From NCBI GenBank assembly GCA_963749155.1, contig CAVVLO010000002.1, positions 640,001 to 704,000 of the forward strand: DNA of 64,000 bases. The letters run 5' to 3'. Both the position numbers and the translations under genes were made by a program. Below the pieces are notes generated by a model that had not been told where the DNA came from, made no database searches, and saw nothing but the letters and a program-made list of their open reading frames with translations. Below are positions 9,021-21,507 of the stretch, piece after piece (position 1 is the first letter of the stretch; the number at the start of each line of letters is the position of its first letter). This DNA is from an uncultured Armatimonadia bacterium. Its GTDB lineage: Bacteria > Armatimonadota > Zipacnadia > CAVVLO01.

Positions 9021-11637
9021 TTGACCGACCTCAAACTGCGCGAGCATCGCGTATTCACCGGACAACACCTCAGAGCCCTGTCTATGCCCCTTGGAGGCAT
9101 CGGCGCAGGCAACATATCCCTTGCCGGCGACGGCGGGCTTCGCCACTGGCAGCTTTTCAACCAGGCCGAGCATGTCGCGCATATCCCCCATAGCTTTTTT
9201 GCCCTGTGGACGCAACGTTTTGGATGGGAAGATCCTGTGCTCCGCGTGCTGCAGAGCGGCGCCCTGTATGATAAGGAGGACTTCGAAGCTGCCCCTCTTT
9301 GCACCGACCACCTCGTGCCCCAGGCCAGCCGCGATTTACTGGCCGCCTGCCCTGGCGTCGAGTCGGTCGAGTTCGAAGGCGAATATCCCTTTGCGCGCGT
9401 CAGGTACCAGGACGCGGCACTGCCAGTTGAAGTTGCCCTTGAGGCTTTCTCCCCCGTCATCCCGCTCGATGAGAAAGACTCCAGCTTGCCGACAGTGCTT
9501 TTCACTTTCAGACTGACCAATCCCGGCGAGCATTCCGTCAGTTGCTGCCTGGCGGCCAGCCTTCAGAACGCTGTAGGCTTCGTCCCTGGCACCACTGTCA
9601 CAGGTGTGTTGAATTCCGGCTACGGCGGCAACCATAATAGCCTCTTCCACCTTCAGGAGGGCGTCGGGATTTCGATGCAGAACGCGAGGCTGGAGGCCAA
9701 CTCGGCTCAGGCCGGCTCGATGGCGCTGTTTACCACCAGCAAGCAGGCCCTGGCCAAAACCCAGTGGGACGACCTGCCAGCCTTCTTCACTGAACTCAGG
9801 CGCACCGGCCGGCTGGAAGGGCGCGATGCGACTCCCAGTGCCTCAGGTCACACCTGGGATGGAGCGCTCGCGGTACCCTTCAATCTGGCGCCAGGCGCCT
9901 GCGAGGAAGTCACTTTCATCCTGGCCTGGCACTTCCCCAATCGCTTTGTTAACTGGCATCAGGGCTGGTTTGGCATCCCCGAAAACAAGAGCCAGTATTA
10001 TCTCGGCAACCGCTACAATAACTGGTTCGCTGGCGCGACAGAGGTCGTGGACTATGTCAGCCGGTAACCTGCCCAGGCTGAGGGAGCAGACTTCAACCTT
10101 TGTATCTGCGCTGTTCGATTCTCCTCTGCCTTACAGCCTGCTGGATGCGGTCAGCTCGCAGGTTTCGACGATCTTCTCGCCGACCTGTATCCAGGACGAA
10201 GCGGGCAACCTGTTCGGCTTCGAGGGGTGCTGTGGAGCAAGCGCTGGCGGGCCGCTGGCGATGTGTGGCTGCTGTCCGCTGAACTGTACCCATGTGTGGA
10301 ACTACGAGATGACCCTCTCGAAGCTTTATCCGCGCCTCGAGCGCAGCGTCAGGGAGATCGACCTGCATACTCAGATGACCAGCGAGGGCGGAATCCCTCA
10401 CCGGACTGTGGCGCCCCTCCTGCTGCCGCGCTGGCAGGACCGCGGGCCCGAGTCGGATGTCGTGGCGGCCGATGGTCATTTCGGGACGATACTGAAGTCA
10501 TATCGCGAGTGGCTGGTTTCGGGAGATGAGGACTTCCTCACTCGCGCCTTCCCGAAGGTGAGACTGGCGTTGGAATTCGCCGTTAGCCGCTGGGATCAGG
10601 ACAGCGACGGGATGCTGGACGGCGCCCAGTGGAATACCTTTGACCTCAACTTCTGGGGCTTCAATACCTTCTGTACCTCGCTCTACCTGGCGGCGCTGCG
10701 GGCGGCCGAGGAGATGGCCAGGCGCCTCGGCGAGACCGAGCTTGCCGACGAGTGGCATTCCCGCTTCGAATCAGGACGCGCGAAGGTCGAACAGGAACTA
10801 TGGAACGGCGAATATTACGAGCAACACTTCGAGGAGGCAGCCCATCCTGATTATCAGTATGGCAAGGGTTGCCTGTCCGACCAGCTCTTTGGCCAGTGGT
10901 GGGCCAACCTGCTGGATTTGGGCTACATCCTCGACCCGGCGCGCGTTAAGACGACCCTGGCATCGATATACAAGTACAACTATATGGCTCACATCGGGGA
11001 CTTCAAGCAGCAACCGCGGGCCTTCGCCAATCCCGAGGAGGCCGGCCTGCTGACGACTACCTGGCCTTATGGAGGACGGCAGGAAGTGCCGATGCTGTAC
11101 TGCGACGAATTTTGGACAGGCATCGAATTCAAGGTCGCAAGCGAGCTGCTTATGGAAGGCTATCTGGACGAGGCTCGGACCATCTGGGAAGCGGCCCGGA
11201 ATCGCTACGATGGACGCAGGCGCAGCCCCTGGAACGATCTGGAGTGCGGAGACCATTATGCCCGTCCAATGAGCAGTTGGGCGCTGCTGGAGGCGGCCTC
11301 GGGGTTCTTCTACAGCGCGCCCGAGAGCTTGCTCCGGTTCGCTCCCAGGCTGAACTGGGACGACTTTGCGAGCTTCTTCATCACTGGCACGGGCTGGGGC
11401 AGGTTCAGCCAGCAGCGCACCGAGACAGGCCTTGCGGTCAAGCTCGAAGTGCTATGGGGCAAGGTGGAGTTCAAGACCTTGGAGCTGGGACTTCCCACCG
11501 GCATCACCAGGACAAAACTCTTGCGCGCCGATACCAAGGTGGAAGTCGAAGCAGGCCGCGCTCGCCTGAAGTCCGACTTGCCAGTGAAGCTGGAAGCCGG
11601 CGAGACACTGGAACTGGAGCTTGGGTTTCAGGAATAG
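9021..11637 (+). CDS. GH116-like (GBA2, non-lysosomal glucosylceramidase family) glycoside hydrolase; split by a +1 base near 10061
   Basis: N-terminal MPLGGIGAGNI and GEYPFA; C-terminal FEG...NCTHVWNY, LWNGEYY, DQLFGQWWA, ECGDHYARPMSSW. Removing one C in AGCCGGT joins ORFs 9021..10067 and 9826..11637. Confidence 0.88.
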
Positions 11638-11647
11638 GAGATAGCTG

Positions 11648-13751
11648 ATGAAGATGGCTCTAATCGGGTTATTACTGGTAGCGCTTGCCAGTGTTGCCCT
11701 CGCTGATACGAGTTGGCTCGAGGGCAGCTTCGCGCGCGTGGTCTGGGGCTCGGATTCGAGCAACGTCGACCGGGAACTTGCTCTGGCTGATCCGATCGCG
11801 GCGATGGGGCCGGATATGGTCATCCCCACAGCCCACCTCAAGGGCTATGCTTTCTGGCCTTCGAAGCTTGCGACTATCGCGCCGGACCTGGCGGTCCCAG
11901 ACGCTGTCGGGCCGCTGACACAGCAGCTTCACGCCAAAGGCCTGAAAGTCGTCTTCTACGTCGGGGCGCCTTTTGTGCAGGCGGCGCTCAGGGAGAAGCT
12001 AGAGTGGCGTATCCGCGATGGCAACGGCAACCCGGCGGGCGATGAGGGCACCGTCTGTCTCATGTCGCCAGGGTTCGACTGGGTGGTCGAGTACCTTTGT
12101 GAGCTGGCCAGCCATGCGCCAATTGATGGTATCTGGCTGGACGGCTTCCCCCAGATGGCGCTCGGTTGTTCTTGCCACTGGTGCGCCGACGCCTACAAGG
12201 CCGACACGGGCCTGCCGCTGCCGCGCAGCCTCTCGGCCGACGATCCGGAATATCGCAGGTTTGTCCTGTGGTGGCATCAGCAGTGCCTCGCGAAGGGCAA
12301 GCAGCTCGTGGACGCCCTGCACAAAGTGAATCCCGATTTGGCAGTTTTCGCCAATTCGACGGTGGGACGCAGCTCTGAAGACTGGCGCTTCACCCCTGAT
12401 GGGCTGAATGCAGTGCTGGACAGCCCCTCGCTGGAGCAGTTCTGGCATGTGGACAGGCAGGGCGATCCCGTTGAATCCCCTGTTCGCCATACTGAGAGCG
12501 CGTTCGACCGCGGCAGGCCAGCCAGTTGAGGTATTTACCCCGCTGGTGCCACACACGATGGACTGCACGACGGCGCTTCCGCGCGTCGAGACACTGGCCA
12601 GGGGGCTTACAGTGCTCTCGGCGGGAGCCGTGCCCCAATGTATGTACGGCCCTGGGCGAGACGATTATCTGATCGAACTACTGGATGCGCTCAAGGCCCG
12701 CCAGCCATATCTCGAAGGCGCAGAGCAGGTGCGTTGGTGCGGCATCGCGGCCAGCAGCCTGACCGGGCTGATGTATGGCCGCGCCCAGGCGGACGCTCGC
12801 TACTGGCGCGAGGTGAAGGGCTGGCTGCGCGCCTTTACCGAGGCGCATCTCCCGGTGGAACTGCTGTCCGATGCCCAGCTCGAAGCAGGCGATTTCGAAG
12901 GCTTGCAGGTCATCGCGCTTCCGGCAACTGCGTGCCTGTCGGAGAAAGCTCAGAACCAGCTCCGCGCTTTTGTGGATGCAGGCGGAGGATTGCTTGCTAC
13001 TTCGGTGACCTCGCTTGCAGACGAGGAAGGGGAACTAGGCACACAGTTTGGGTTGGAGGATATCCTGGGAACGAGTTTCCAACGGTTGGAGGAGCGAGGG
13101 CCCTTGCCGAGTGACTGGCCGCTCTACCCCAAGGCTCATCCGCTGGCCGAGGGCGAGTGGGTAGAAGAGGCCAAATGGCGCCAGTGGAGCGGCCTGGGCC
13201 ATCCCTTGAACGGCGTGGGGCTGCCTGGGCGTTATGTATATACGACGCCTGCGTCCGACCGGCAGGTCGCCTGGACCATCGAAGGCGAGCAGCCTGCGAT
13301 CTTCAGCGGTAATTTCGGGGCTGGGAAGGTCGTCTACTTCAGCCCTGAGGTCGGCGCGGCTTACTACAACTTTGGTTATCCCTACCTGCGCCACCTGATG
13401 ACCGAAGCGGCCTTGATGGTTGCGCCGGCAGCGCCCGAGCTTCGCGTCGAAGGCTCTTTGATGCTGCAGGCAACCTACTGGCGCCAGCCTCTTGCGGCAG
13501 GCGGCAGCCGGCTGATCGTGCAACTGCTGAACGAAGCCAGCAGCTTTGGGCGAGTGTCGCTTGGAGACGATGCAATGCCACTGCGAGAAGAAGTCCTTCC
13601 GCTTGGCGGCATCCTGGTGGAAGCCCCAGAGGGGAGTAGCTTCAACCTGCAGCCTGAAGGCCTTGCGCTGCAACCCACCGCAACAAGTGCTGGCCGAGTG
13701 AAGGTCGAACTGCCTCCCCTGGGCCTGCACACGCTGCTGGTGATCGAATAA
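11648..13751 (+). CDS. Secreted GH-like TIM-barrel protein with GH42-type trimerisation (GATase-like) domain, GHL6-like; +1 base near 12467
   Basis: Signal peptide, DGIWLDG, CSCHWC metal motif, then LPATACLSEKAQNQLRAFVDAGGGLLAT and GKVVYF; two overlapping ORFs joined by deleting one C. Confidence 0.7.
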
Positions 13752-13754
13752 GCC

Positions 13755-16303
13755 CTAATCGCTGCGCAGCAATCTGAGGGCACGCAGCTTCACCTCGCCC
13801 AGGGTCTGACGCGGGTCCAGGCGCAGGCTGGTGATGGTCTGGCCCGCCCACTGCGGGTGCGCGCCGACCTCCAGCCGGTAAGTGTGAAGCTGCCCATCAG
13901 CCGCCGGATTGATATGGAAGACACGTTCTTCCGCGACGCCCGGCGCGGTCCTGGTGGTGAAGTAAAGCTGCACCAGTTCGCCCTCGGGCGAGGCGAGTTC
14001 AACCTCCAGCCCATCGCCCGGGCGTCCTTCGACCTCGAGCGGGGGCGAGTAGAGCTGCGGATCTTCAGCCACTACCCCAAGGCTCATCCCATCAGAGGCG
14101 AAGACTGGGGTAGCGAAGCCTCTGACCAGTTTCCATCCCTGCTGGTCCTGGGTGAAGTCAAAATCAATAACTGTCAGCCCTGGTGGTTGCTCGTAAGTTA
14201 GAGAGAGCTCCTCTCCAGCAACCCAGGCCTTGCCGCCCGGCACGTCAGCCTCCAGAGCAAGTTCACCCTCCAGCCAGCACTGGATGCGGTCGCTGCCTTC
14301 GAGTGCCAGGCCACGCGGATCCAGATAGCGCAGCTTGCGCGAGGCGTCTTCCAGATAGTCCACTCGGTGTTCGGTGCCAGGCCAAAAGGCACTGTAAGCG
14401 AGCAGGCCGGCCTCTTCTCGCCAGGCCACCCAGCCATACCTTGGCAGACTTATCTCTCCCTGCGGTGTGGTGACTGGGAAGACGCCCTCCAGCCGGTTGC
14501 AGACAAAGTTGTAGCCGTTCGTATAGCGCACCCAGATACGCCCGAACTCCTCCGGCTGGGGATTCCAGGCCTCGGTGTTGGGGACGAAGCCTTCACGCGC
14601 AAGCTGCTCATAGTCCTTCCATTGGCCAGTGCTGAAGTAGAGCACCTCCTCCACCTGCTGAAGCGCATAATGGCGCTGCAGGTCGCCAACCAGCAGCAGT
14701 TCGGTCAGCAGATAATCCCAGGGGAAGTCCGGGTAGTAGAAGATATAACCCCCGTTGCCATAGAGAAGCTCAACCAAGCGATAATCGTCGCGCAAGGCTT
14801 CCTCGCGGTAGTTGGCCCACTCGGGCCAGGGCGGTGGGCCGAAGAAGCGGTACATCAGGCCCATCCCGTGGAAGCTCGAAAGCTGATGCAGCCGGCGCAG
14901 TTTGTATTCGGGCGAGGTCAGGCGGTTATGGCCACCCATTATCCCGAAGTCGCCATAATCTACCCAATAGCCCAGCAGATGCTCGTCAATCAGCGTCTCG
15001 GAACCGAGCGGCCCCCCCTGGGTCTCCTTCATCAGGCGACAGAAAGCCTTCTGCCTGTCCATTGTGGCGCGGATAGAGGGCTCTCCAGAAGCGCTGGTGG
15101 CATAGTCATGATAACCACTGGGCACCGCGCCCGAGGTAAGCTGGTCGCTAAAGGCGGCGTTTGGATGCCAGGTGGACTGGATCTCGGCTTCCTGTCGCTC
15201 TCCAAGCGCTTGCCAGGTGAGGTTGCTCGTGTACCACTCGAGGGGTTCCGTCCGCGCCTTTGCCCTGCCAGGTCACACCACGTTTTACACTGGGGCTGGC
15301 GTCGCGGCACAGCATATAGTTGGTGCGGAAGGCGAACCTGCCAAGCGCCTTGCCCGCATCACACAGGCGCTGATACTCCTCCAAAGTCCCCAGTGCCGGG
15401 TTGGGCGGAAATTCCGGCAGCCAAAGAGAATCCGGCAGCAAGGCATCGAAGCCGCCCGCCTGCCAGTCCTCGACCACCGACAGGCAGGGGGTAAGGCCGA
15501 GACAGCAGCGCTTTACTCGTTCGAGCAGCCAGGTCATCTGATCCGCTGTGCCGCCCCACAAGTCGAGGAAGACCTGCTGGCCGAGTTCTTCCCGGTATTC
15601 GCTGGGCGGGTTGGACAGCCTGGGGACAACATCCCAGAGGCGCTCGGAGACGCGCAGCTCCAGTACTTCGCTCACTTCGTTATAAAGGCCGTCCAGCCTT
15701 GGGCTGTAGGTAGGGCGCCTTGCAGGCTCGAAGTTGCCCTCTCCCCGGGGCGCTTTATTTGGCGCATCGAAGCCCGTACAGTTGCTCTGCCTCGAGTATC
15801 CAGCGCGCGTCAAGCCAGGCCGAGTACTCCGGCAGCCAGGCTGTCTTGTCCCACCAGACCTGCCCATGCGCCTCGGCGTAGCGAGTCAGGTCATACCGTT
15901 GCCAGGGGCCAGCGACCTCGCAAACTCCCGCCGAAAGCTGGGTAACCCGCAGCGGCACCGGCGCTTCGAAACTGAAGCGCAAGCAGTCCTCGCCCGGCTC
16001 GATGGTTACTCTCCAGGAGATAGCTTCTTCGCCTGGCTGGCTTTCATATTCGCAGACCAGCGCCTGACCCCGTGGCCTGGCCTCCCTCAGAGTAACAGCG
16101 CCACTGGTGACGGCCTCTGGCATCTGAAACTGGGGCCCAAGCCCCGCCAGGGCGATGAAACTTGCCTCACCGAGCGACACCCGGACGGCGCGCGCCTCAG
16201 GCTCGTAGGAATACTCTACGCCCTGGACTACCCAGCTCATCGCAGCCGCCCTCCCGATACTCCCGGCAAGCAACAGCAAACCTAACACAAGACCCCAACG
16301 CAT
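13755..16303 (-). CDS. Large secreted hypothetical protein, putative glycoside hydrolase with C-terminal carbohydrate-binding-like module; +1 bases near 15795 and 15240
   Basis: Signal peptide MRWGLVLGLLLLAG; three consecutive frames join into one ORF; WQAGGFDALLPD core motif; C-terminal QLYFTT...SLRLDP beta-sandwich-like segment. Confidence 0.55.
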
Positions 16304-16342
16304 CAGTCAGTCTCCTGAGAGGCAAAGTCGAAAGCTACAAAA

Positions 16343-18708
16343 TCAAGCCCTGCCATATAGTTGCTTGAGCGCTCGTTTTTCCCCGGTCACCAGCAGCTTC
16401 AGCTCGTGGTTGCCACTTGTCAATTCCAACATGCCGAGTTTCACAAGGCCAGGTTCGACACCGCTTGCATAGCCGTCGTAACTTGCAAGCTTCTGTCCAT
16501 CAAGGAAGACGTCCACCTGCCCATAGTCGGGCGCGCTGGTTATCGCAATGAGAGACCAGATAGCGTCCCTCCTGCTCAACTGGCATGGCGAGGGTAAAAC
16601 TGGCACCCGGCTCTCCAGGCGTTAGCCAAAGATGAGAGTTATGACTCCACCGGGCTGCGCCGAAAGGCTGCAGATCTTGCACAACCGGTTTCATGGTTTC
16701 GGGAGCCCAGCTTGCCAGAGGCAGCTTTTCCCCTTCCAGTACGATGTCGCCGCGAGCTTTCACCAGTTGGAAGCAATCAAGAGCGGCCTGCCAACCAAGA
16801 CTTGCCTTGTCGCGCCCGGTGATCTCAAACACCAAATCGGCCTGTCCGGCATCAAGACGCACCGAGCCGGCGTTCGCCAGATCCTGGCGGATGGGCACCG
16901 GTGCATAGCAGTCCACTTCCACCTCGTCGGTAGTGCCTACCAGCCTGAAACGGCAGCCTGTGGGCAAGCCGACCGGATAAAGCAACACCTCATAGGAAGC
17001 CGAATCTTCGACTGTTACAGGCACTACAAATTGTTGGGTCTTCTTGCGGTAGAAGGCAATAGCCCGCCCATCGCTTAGCGCGCAGGGCAGCATAGCATCG
17101 TTAAGGTAGGACAGCCCCGTCTGGCCCTGAGGCCTGACAGCCCGCTCGGCCTCTGTCACATCCGCCTGCATCCTGGGCCAGGCCAACAGTCGCTGTTCAG
17201 GTACGGGTTGGAAGAAGTCGGTCCCGTTCGGCGCCGCGTACCAGCAAGCCAGAGTGCTGTATTCGATGCTCGCATCGCGGAAGGCGTAGTTCTCCAGCGT
17301 GATTTTGAAGTCGCGCTGATAGGGCACCGGCTCGGCGATCTGCCAGCGATAGACTGACCAGTGATTGGAGAAGCCAGGCCCCTCTCCCAGTGTGTTGCCG
17401 TGATAGGCGTGCTCGAAGTGGCGGAATCCCCAGGCATCGCCGAAATAGTCCTCTGTTCCCGTGCCAAAGATTGAGGGGAAGCCCTCGCCATCCACCCAGA
17501 CTTTCTCGTCGCCCTCGCCAAACCAGCCCTCAAACCGCGAGGTGATAGAGAGCGCGCAACCCAGGAACTTGCCCGTCCCCTGTGCCTCGAGTACGGGGTA
17601 GTCGAAGGTCAGGCCCGGAGTCTCGTGGCGCCACTTGGCGTGGAAGAGTCCCCGGTTGCCCAGTCCTCCTTCCAGCTTATGCGTGGTCAGTTCCCAGCTC
17701 ACCGTGATATCGGAGGCGCCAGTGTTAAGCAGTTTCAGGCGCGCCGACCTGTCGAAGGGCATCGGCCAATAACAGTACATCCCCTCCGCGGTCATCCCCA
17801 GTGGCAGAGAACGATATTCGTTGAAGCCCGGGGCCGACCCAAAGAAATCGCCCACTGGAGAGTCCAGGCACAGTTCCGTATCGAAATAGCCGCGCAACAC
17901 AAGCTGGCGCAGAGTGCCCAGTGTCGCTGGGGTCACACTCAGCTTAAAAGAGTGGATGACTCCTGGTCCCTCCAGCGAGGCCAGCCCCAATAGTTGCCCG
18001 GCCTTGATGCGGGCTATGCCGTGACTGGTCTTCTGGCCCTCGTGAGTGGGTTTAGGGTCCTCTCCACAGGCTGAAAGCTTGCCCAGGGCAGTGTCCAGGG
18101 CCTGCTGGCCGGCGGGCGAGAGAGGCAATCTGAGGCTTTCAACCTGCGTGCTGGGCGGGTAGGTCAGGTATTGAAACTGATAATAGTGGCGCGGCGGCTC
18201 ATTCTCACCAAGGGAGACGATGCGCAGGCTCTTCTCATACGGCAGGGGGAAGTAGCAGTTCTTGCCTGCCCCGTGCGCGCCAACGAGCGGCGCAAGGAAG
18301 GGCGCCTCCTCTCCAGAGAGCATCCGGGCGAAATCCAGTGCCAGCCGAGGGGTGCTCTCCCCATCGAAATAGAACTCCATCCGGCCCTGCGGATTGGCGC
18401 TCCAGATGCGCGTCACACAGCCGGGGCCCTTCAGGTCGGCGATGAGGCCACGATTGCCCTCTTCCGACTCGTACTGGCCCCAGTCGCCATTGGCTGCCCA
18501 CTGGCCCCAGTCGTCCTTATTCAGGCTATGGCGATCGAAGCTGCTGGCCTGACGGCAAGTGATCCCTGGCACAAGCTCTGGTAATAGCGAGAGGTCCCAG
18601 GTCGCTTGTAAAAAGTGATTTACATCGAGCGTGGCAGGCACAGCGGACGCGAACAGGAAGCAGCAGGCCACCAGGGCCAAGCGCGATGACAGCAGTCAGA
18701 AGCTTCAT
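16343..18708 (-). CDS. DUF2961 (GH172-like) protein, secreted, with C-terminal beta-sandwich modules; frame breaks near 18680 and 16555
   Basis: GPGCVTRIWSAN, YFPLPYEKS, WPMPFDRSA, WFGEGDE, GTGTEDYFG motifs; strong SD GAAGGAGG before ATG 18708. Confidence 0.85.
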
Positions 18709-18810
18709 TTCAATCCCTCCTTCTGTGTTTGCCGTAATTGGCGCTGAACAGGGGCGCTCCTGCCCCGCCATCCCTCCCCGCGGCGCAGTCCTTCCTTCTG
18801 ACGCCAATCT

Positions 18811-18840
18811 GGTGTTTCGGGAGTCTCCGCTCCCGAAACT
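18811..18840 (-). repeat. Palindromic repeat family B copy 1
   Basis: Reverse complement AGTTTCGGGAGCGGAGACTCCCGAAACACC; near-identical to 37141..37171. Confidence 0.7.
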
Positions 18841-18920
18841 TGCTGTGCAAGAACCGAAGCGCAAGGGCGGGCATGCGCCCGCCTATTTGAAAGAAGAACA
18901 AAAAGCAAAACGACCAGGAC

Positions 18921-18985
18921 GGGAAAAGCGTGGGGGTATACGTGAGCTATGCTCACGCACCCCCACACCCCCGCTAGTTCGAGAG
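18921..18985 (+). repeat. Intergenic hairpin repeat, family A copy 2 (extended stem)
   Basis: GTGGGGGT-ATA-CGTGAGC-TAT-GCTCACG-C-ACCCCCAC-ACCCCC-GCTAGT. Confidence 0.6.
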
Positions 18986-19086
18986 TTTCAGGAGAAGGTT
19001 GGCGAAATACTCCGGGGACGAAACTAACGGGGGCGCAAAGCCGTCCTTCTGCTATACTTGGACAAATACCGCTCGGGGGGCGCCTG

Positions 19087-19770
19087 ATGGGCATCCTGGA
19101 GAAACTCGAAAACTTGTTGAACGAGGGCCTGGAGCAGTCGCTCGCCAAGGCCTTCGCGGGGCGCGTGCACCCCGTAGAGATAGCGCGCAAGCTCGAACTA
19201 GAGGCCACGGCTCGCAAACGCGTTGCCCTCATTGGCGAACTCATCCCTGACGAGTATCTGGTCGAGCTCGCTCCTTCCGATTACGCCGAACTGGAGCCTA
19301 TCCGGGCCGGCCTGGAAGAACAACTGGCCGAGTATGTCACCGAGATGGCCGACCGCGAGGGGCTGTTTCTGCTGTCCTCTCCCAGAGTGACGCTCGCGGC
19401 AAGCGAGGCGCTGCGGCTCGGGCAGTTTAAGACCCGAGGCAACTTCTCGGGCAAGCCACCCGCCTATACCTTGAAGCTCGAGACTGGCCCTGGTAGTGGA
19501 TTTGTCTTCTCCTTCGAGCAGGAGAAGGTGGTTGTGGGCCGCGCGTCGGGCTGTGAGGTTAAACTGGACGACCAGAGAGTCTCGCGCAAGCATTTCGAGA
19601 TACGCTTTGACGGCAGTCAGTTCTGGGTAGTGGACCTCGGCAGCACCAATGGCACCTACCTGGGAGAAGAGCGCATCTCCAAATCAGCCTTGAAGCCTGG
19701 CGATGTTATAGCGGCAGGCGTTACGTCACTGCGTTTTGATGTGCCCCTGTGGCGGAAGGGGGACGGCTAG
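19087..19770 (+). CDS. fhaA: FhaA-like protein (DUF3662 N-terminus plus FHA domain)
   Basis: VHPVEIARKL...PDEYLVEL N-domain; FHA motifs GR, SRKH, DLGSTNGT; extended -10 TGCTATACT at 19050-19058. Confidence 0.88.
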   Translation: MGILEKLENLLNEGLEQSLAKAFAGRVHPVEIARKLELEATARKRVALIGELIPDEYLVELAPSDYAELEPIRAGLEEQLAEYVTEMADREGLFLLSSPRVTLAASEALRLGQFKTRGNFSGKPPAYTLKLETGPGSGFVFSFEQEKVVVGRASGCEVKLDDQRVSRKHFEIRFDGSQFWVVDLGSTNGTYLGEERISKSALKPGDVIAAGVTSLRFDVPLWRKGDG

Positions 19771-20229
19771 ATGGCCATCGCGCTCGCGCTTGGAAGGCTT
19801 GGGCTGATTGCCCTGCTGCTTTGGCTGGCCTGGGTCATCGCCACCCGCCTCATCACTCGGGGCGCTGAAGTCTCCGAAGAACAACCTCAACGGGGCAAAG
19901 CCGCGCGCAGCGGCGCATCAGAGCCCAAATGGCAACTGCAGGTGCTCTCGGTTGGCCGCACCGACCGCCTGGCCCTCGGAGAACTGCTTCCCGTCACCGG
20001 GACGCTTTTTTTTGGAAGGTCGCCCGAATGCGAGATCTACCTCGACGATAATCGCATCTCTCGCAAGCACGCGAAGCTCGAACTGCGCGGCGCAAAGCTG
20101 GTGCTGGAAGACCTCGGCAGCACCAATGGCACCTATGTCAACAACCGGCGCGTCACGACGAGCGTCGAACTTACGCCTGGCGATGTTATCGAGCTTGGCG
20201 ACACCCGGCTGAAGGCAGGACGCGGATGA
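19771..20229 (+). CDS. fhaB: FhaB/FipA-like membrane-anchored FHA protein
   Basis: N-terminal TM helix, GRSPEC, SRKHA, DLGSTNGT. Confidence 0.85.
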   Translation: MAIALALGRLGLIALLLWLAWVIATRLITRGAEVSEEQPQRGKAARSGASEPKWQLQVLSVGRTDRLALGELLPVTGTLFFGRSPECEIYLDDNRISRKHAKLELRGAKLVLEDLGSTNGTYVNNRRVTTSVELTPGDVIELGDTRLKAGRG

Positions 20230-21507
20230 CCGCCGGACGCAGGCTGGAGCTAGGCCTGTTGCTGGCCGGCGCAGGGGCCTACTGGATTGCGCTGGCGCTG
20301 CTTGGCACTTATACCGCGAGGGCTTTCTCCTTCGATTTCCACTTTGCGTGGCTGCCGCTGGCCTTCCTTGCGCTGTGGTTGATTCTGATAAAAGCCGCGC
20401 CCCAGGCCGATACCGTCGTGCTCGTGCCGGTGACGCTGCTATCAGAAATCGGCATGCTGGTGCTGCTGCGCATCTCCCCGGCTTATGCGATGCGGCAAGG
20501 CGCCTGGTTCGCGATTGGGCTTCTCGTCTGTCTGCTAATCCCACTCGCGCTGAAAATGCCAAGCAAGCTAAGGGTGTACAAATACACCCTCGGCGGGCTG
20601 GCAGTGCTGCTGATTGGCGCGAGTCTCGTTTTCGGCTATGAGGCGGGCGGAGCACGGCTCTGGCTCAAATTTGGGAGTTTCTCACTTCAACCCGCAGAGC
20701 CTGGCAAGCTTTTCCTCATCCTGTTTTTGGCCGCTTACCTGGCCGAAGTAGGGCCCCTTGTTCGCGACCCAGGTGGGGCTGCCCCTCAAAGCGCGGCTCA
20801 AGTACGTAATGCCGGTTGTAGCCTTCGCGCTGGTGGCGCTGCTGCTCTTTATCAGGATGAAAGACCTCGGCGCGGCAGGCCTGTTTATGGGGCTCTTCCT
20901 TGCGATGTTCTACCTGGCCAGCGGAGACCGCAAGTTGGTCGGGCTGGGCGCGGGAGTCTTCCTGGCGGGGGCCGTTGCAGCGAGTTTTGCCCTGCCCCAT
21001 GTTCAGAACCGCCTGAACGCCTTCTGGGCGCCCTGGGTTCATTATGACGGGCCTGGTTATCAGGTCGCGCAGGCGCTGATGAGCCTGGGCAATGGCGGCC
21101 TGGTCGGGACAGGGCTTGGAGCAGGACTCGGAGGCATCTGGCTGGGCGCCAATTCGTTGGTGCCGAACGCGCTCACCGATATGCCCTTCATTATTATTTG
21201 CGAGGAATTGGGCGCTATCGCTGGACTGGCGGTGCTGGTGCTGTTCGCAGCGCTGGTGGCGAGGCTTTTTTATAGCGCGCTGACCCTCAGAGCGGCTTTC
21301 GGCAAGCTGGTTGCTGCTGGCATCGCTTCGCTGGTGGCGTTGCACGTGGTGCTGATCGTGGGCGGAGTCTTGAAAGTCTTGCCCCTCACAGGCATCACGA
21401 CTCCCTTCATCAGCTACGGCGGCAGCAGCCTGCTGACCAATTTCGCGCTGGTAGGGCTGTATCTGGCCCTTACCCGGGAGGAGGGGCGTTATGCACCAGG
21501 AGCCTGA
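20226..21507 (+). CDS. rodA: FtsW/RodA/SpoVE SEDS protein; +1 base near 20755
   Basis: GGARLWL, LQPAEPGK, KDLG, GYQVAQAL, TDMPF, PLTGITTPFISYGGSSL; joined by removing one C in GGGCCCC. Confidence 0.9.

Noticed and set aside
14367..15494. 375-aa plus-strand ORF (likewise 35983..37116 plus and 62043..63263 minus)
   Set aside because: Antisense shadows of better-supported genes in high-GC DNA, with no recognisable motifs.
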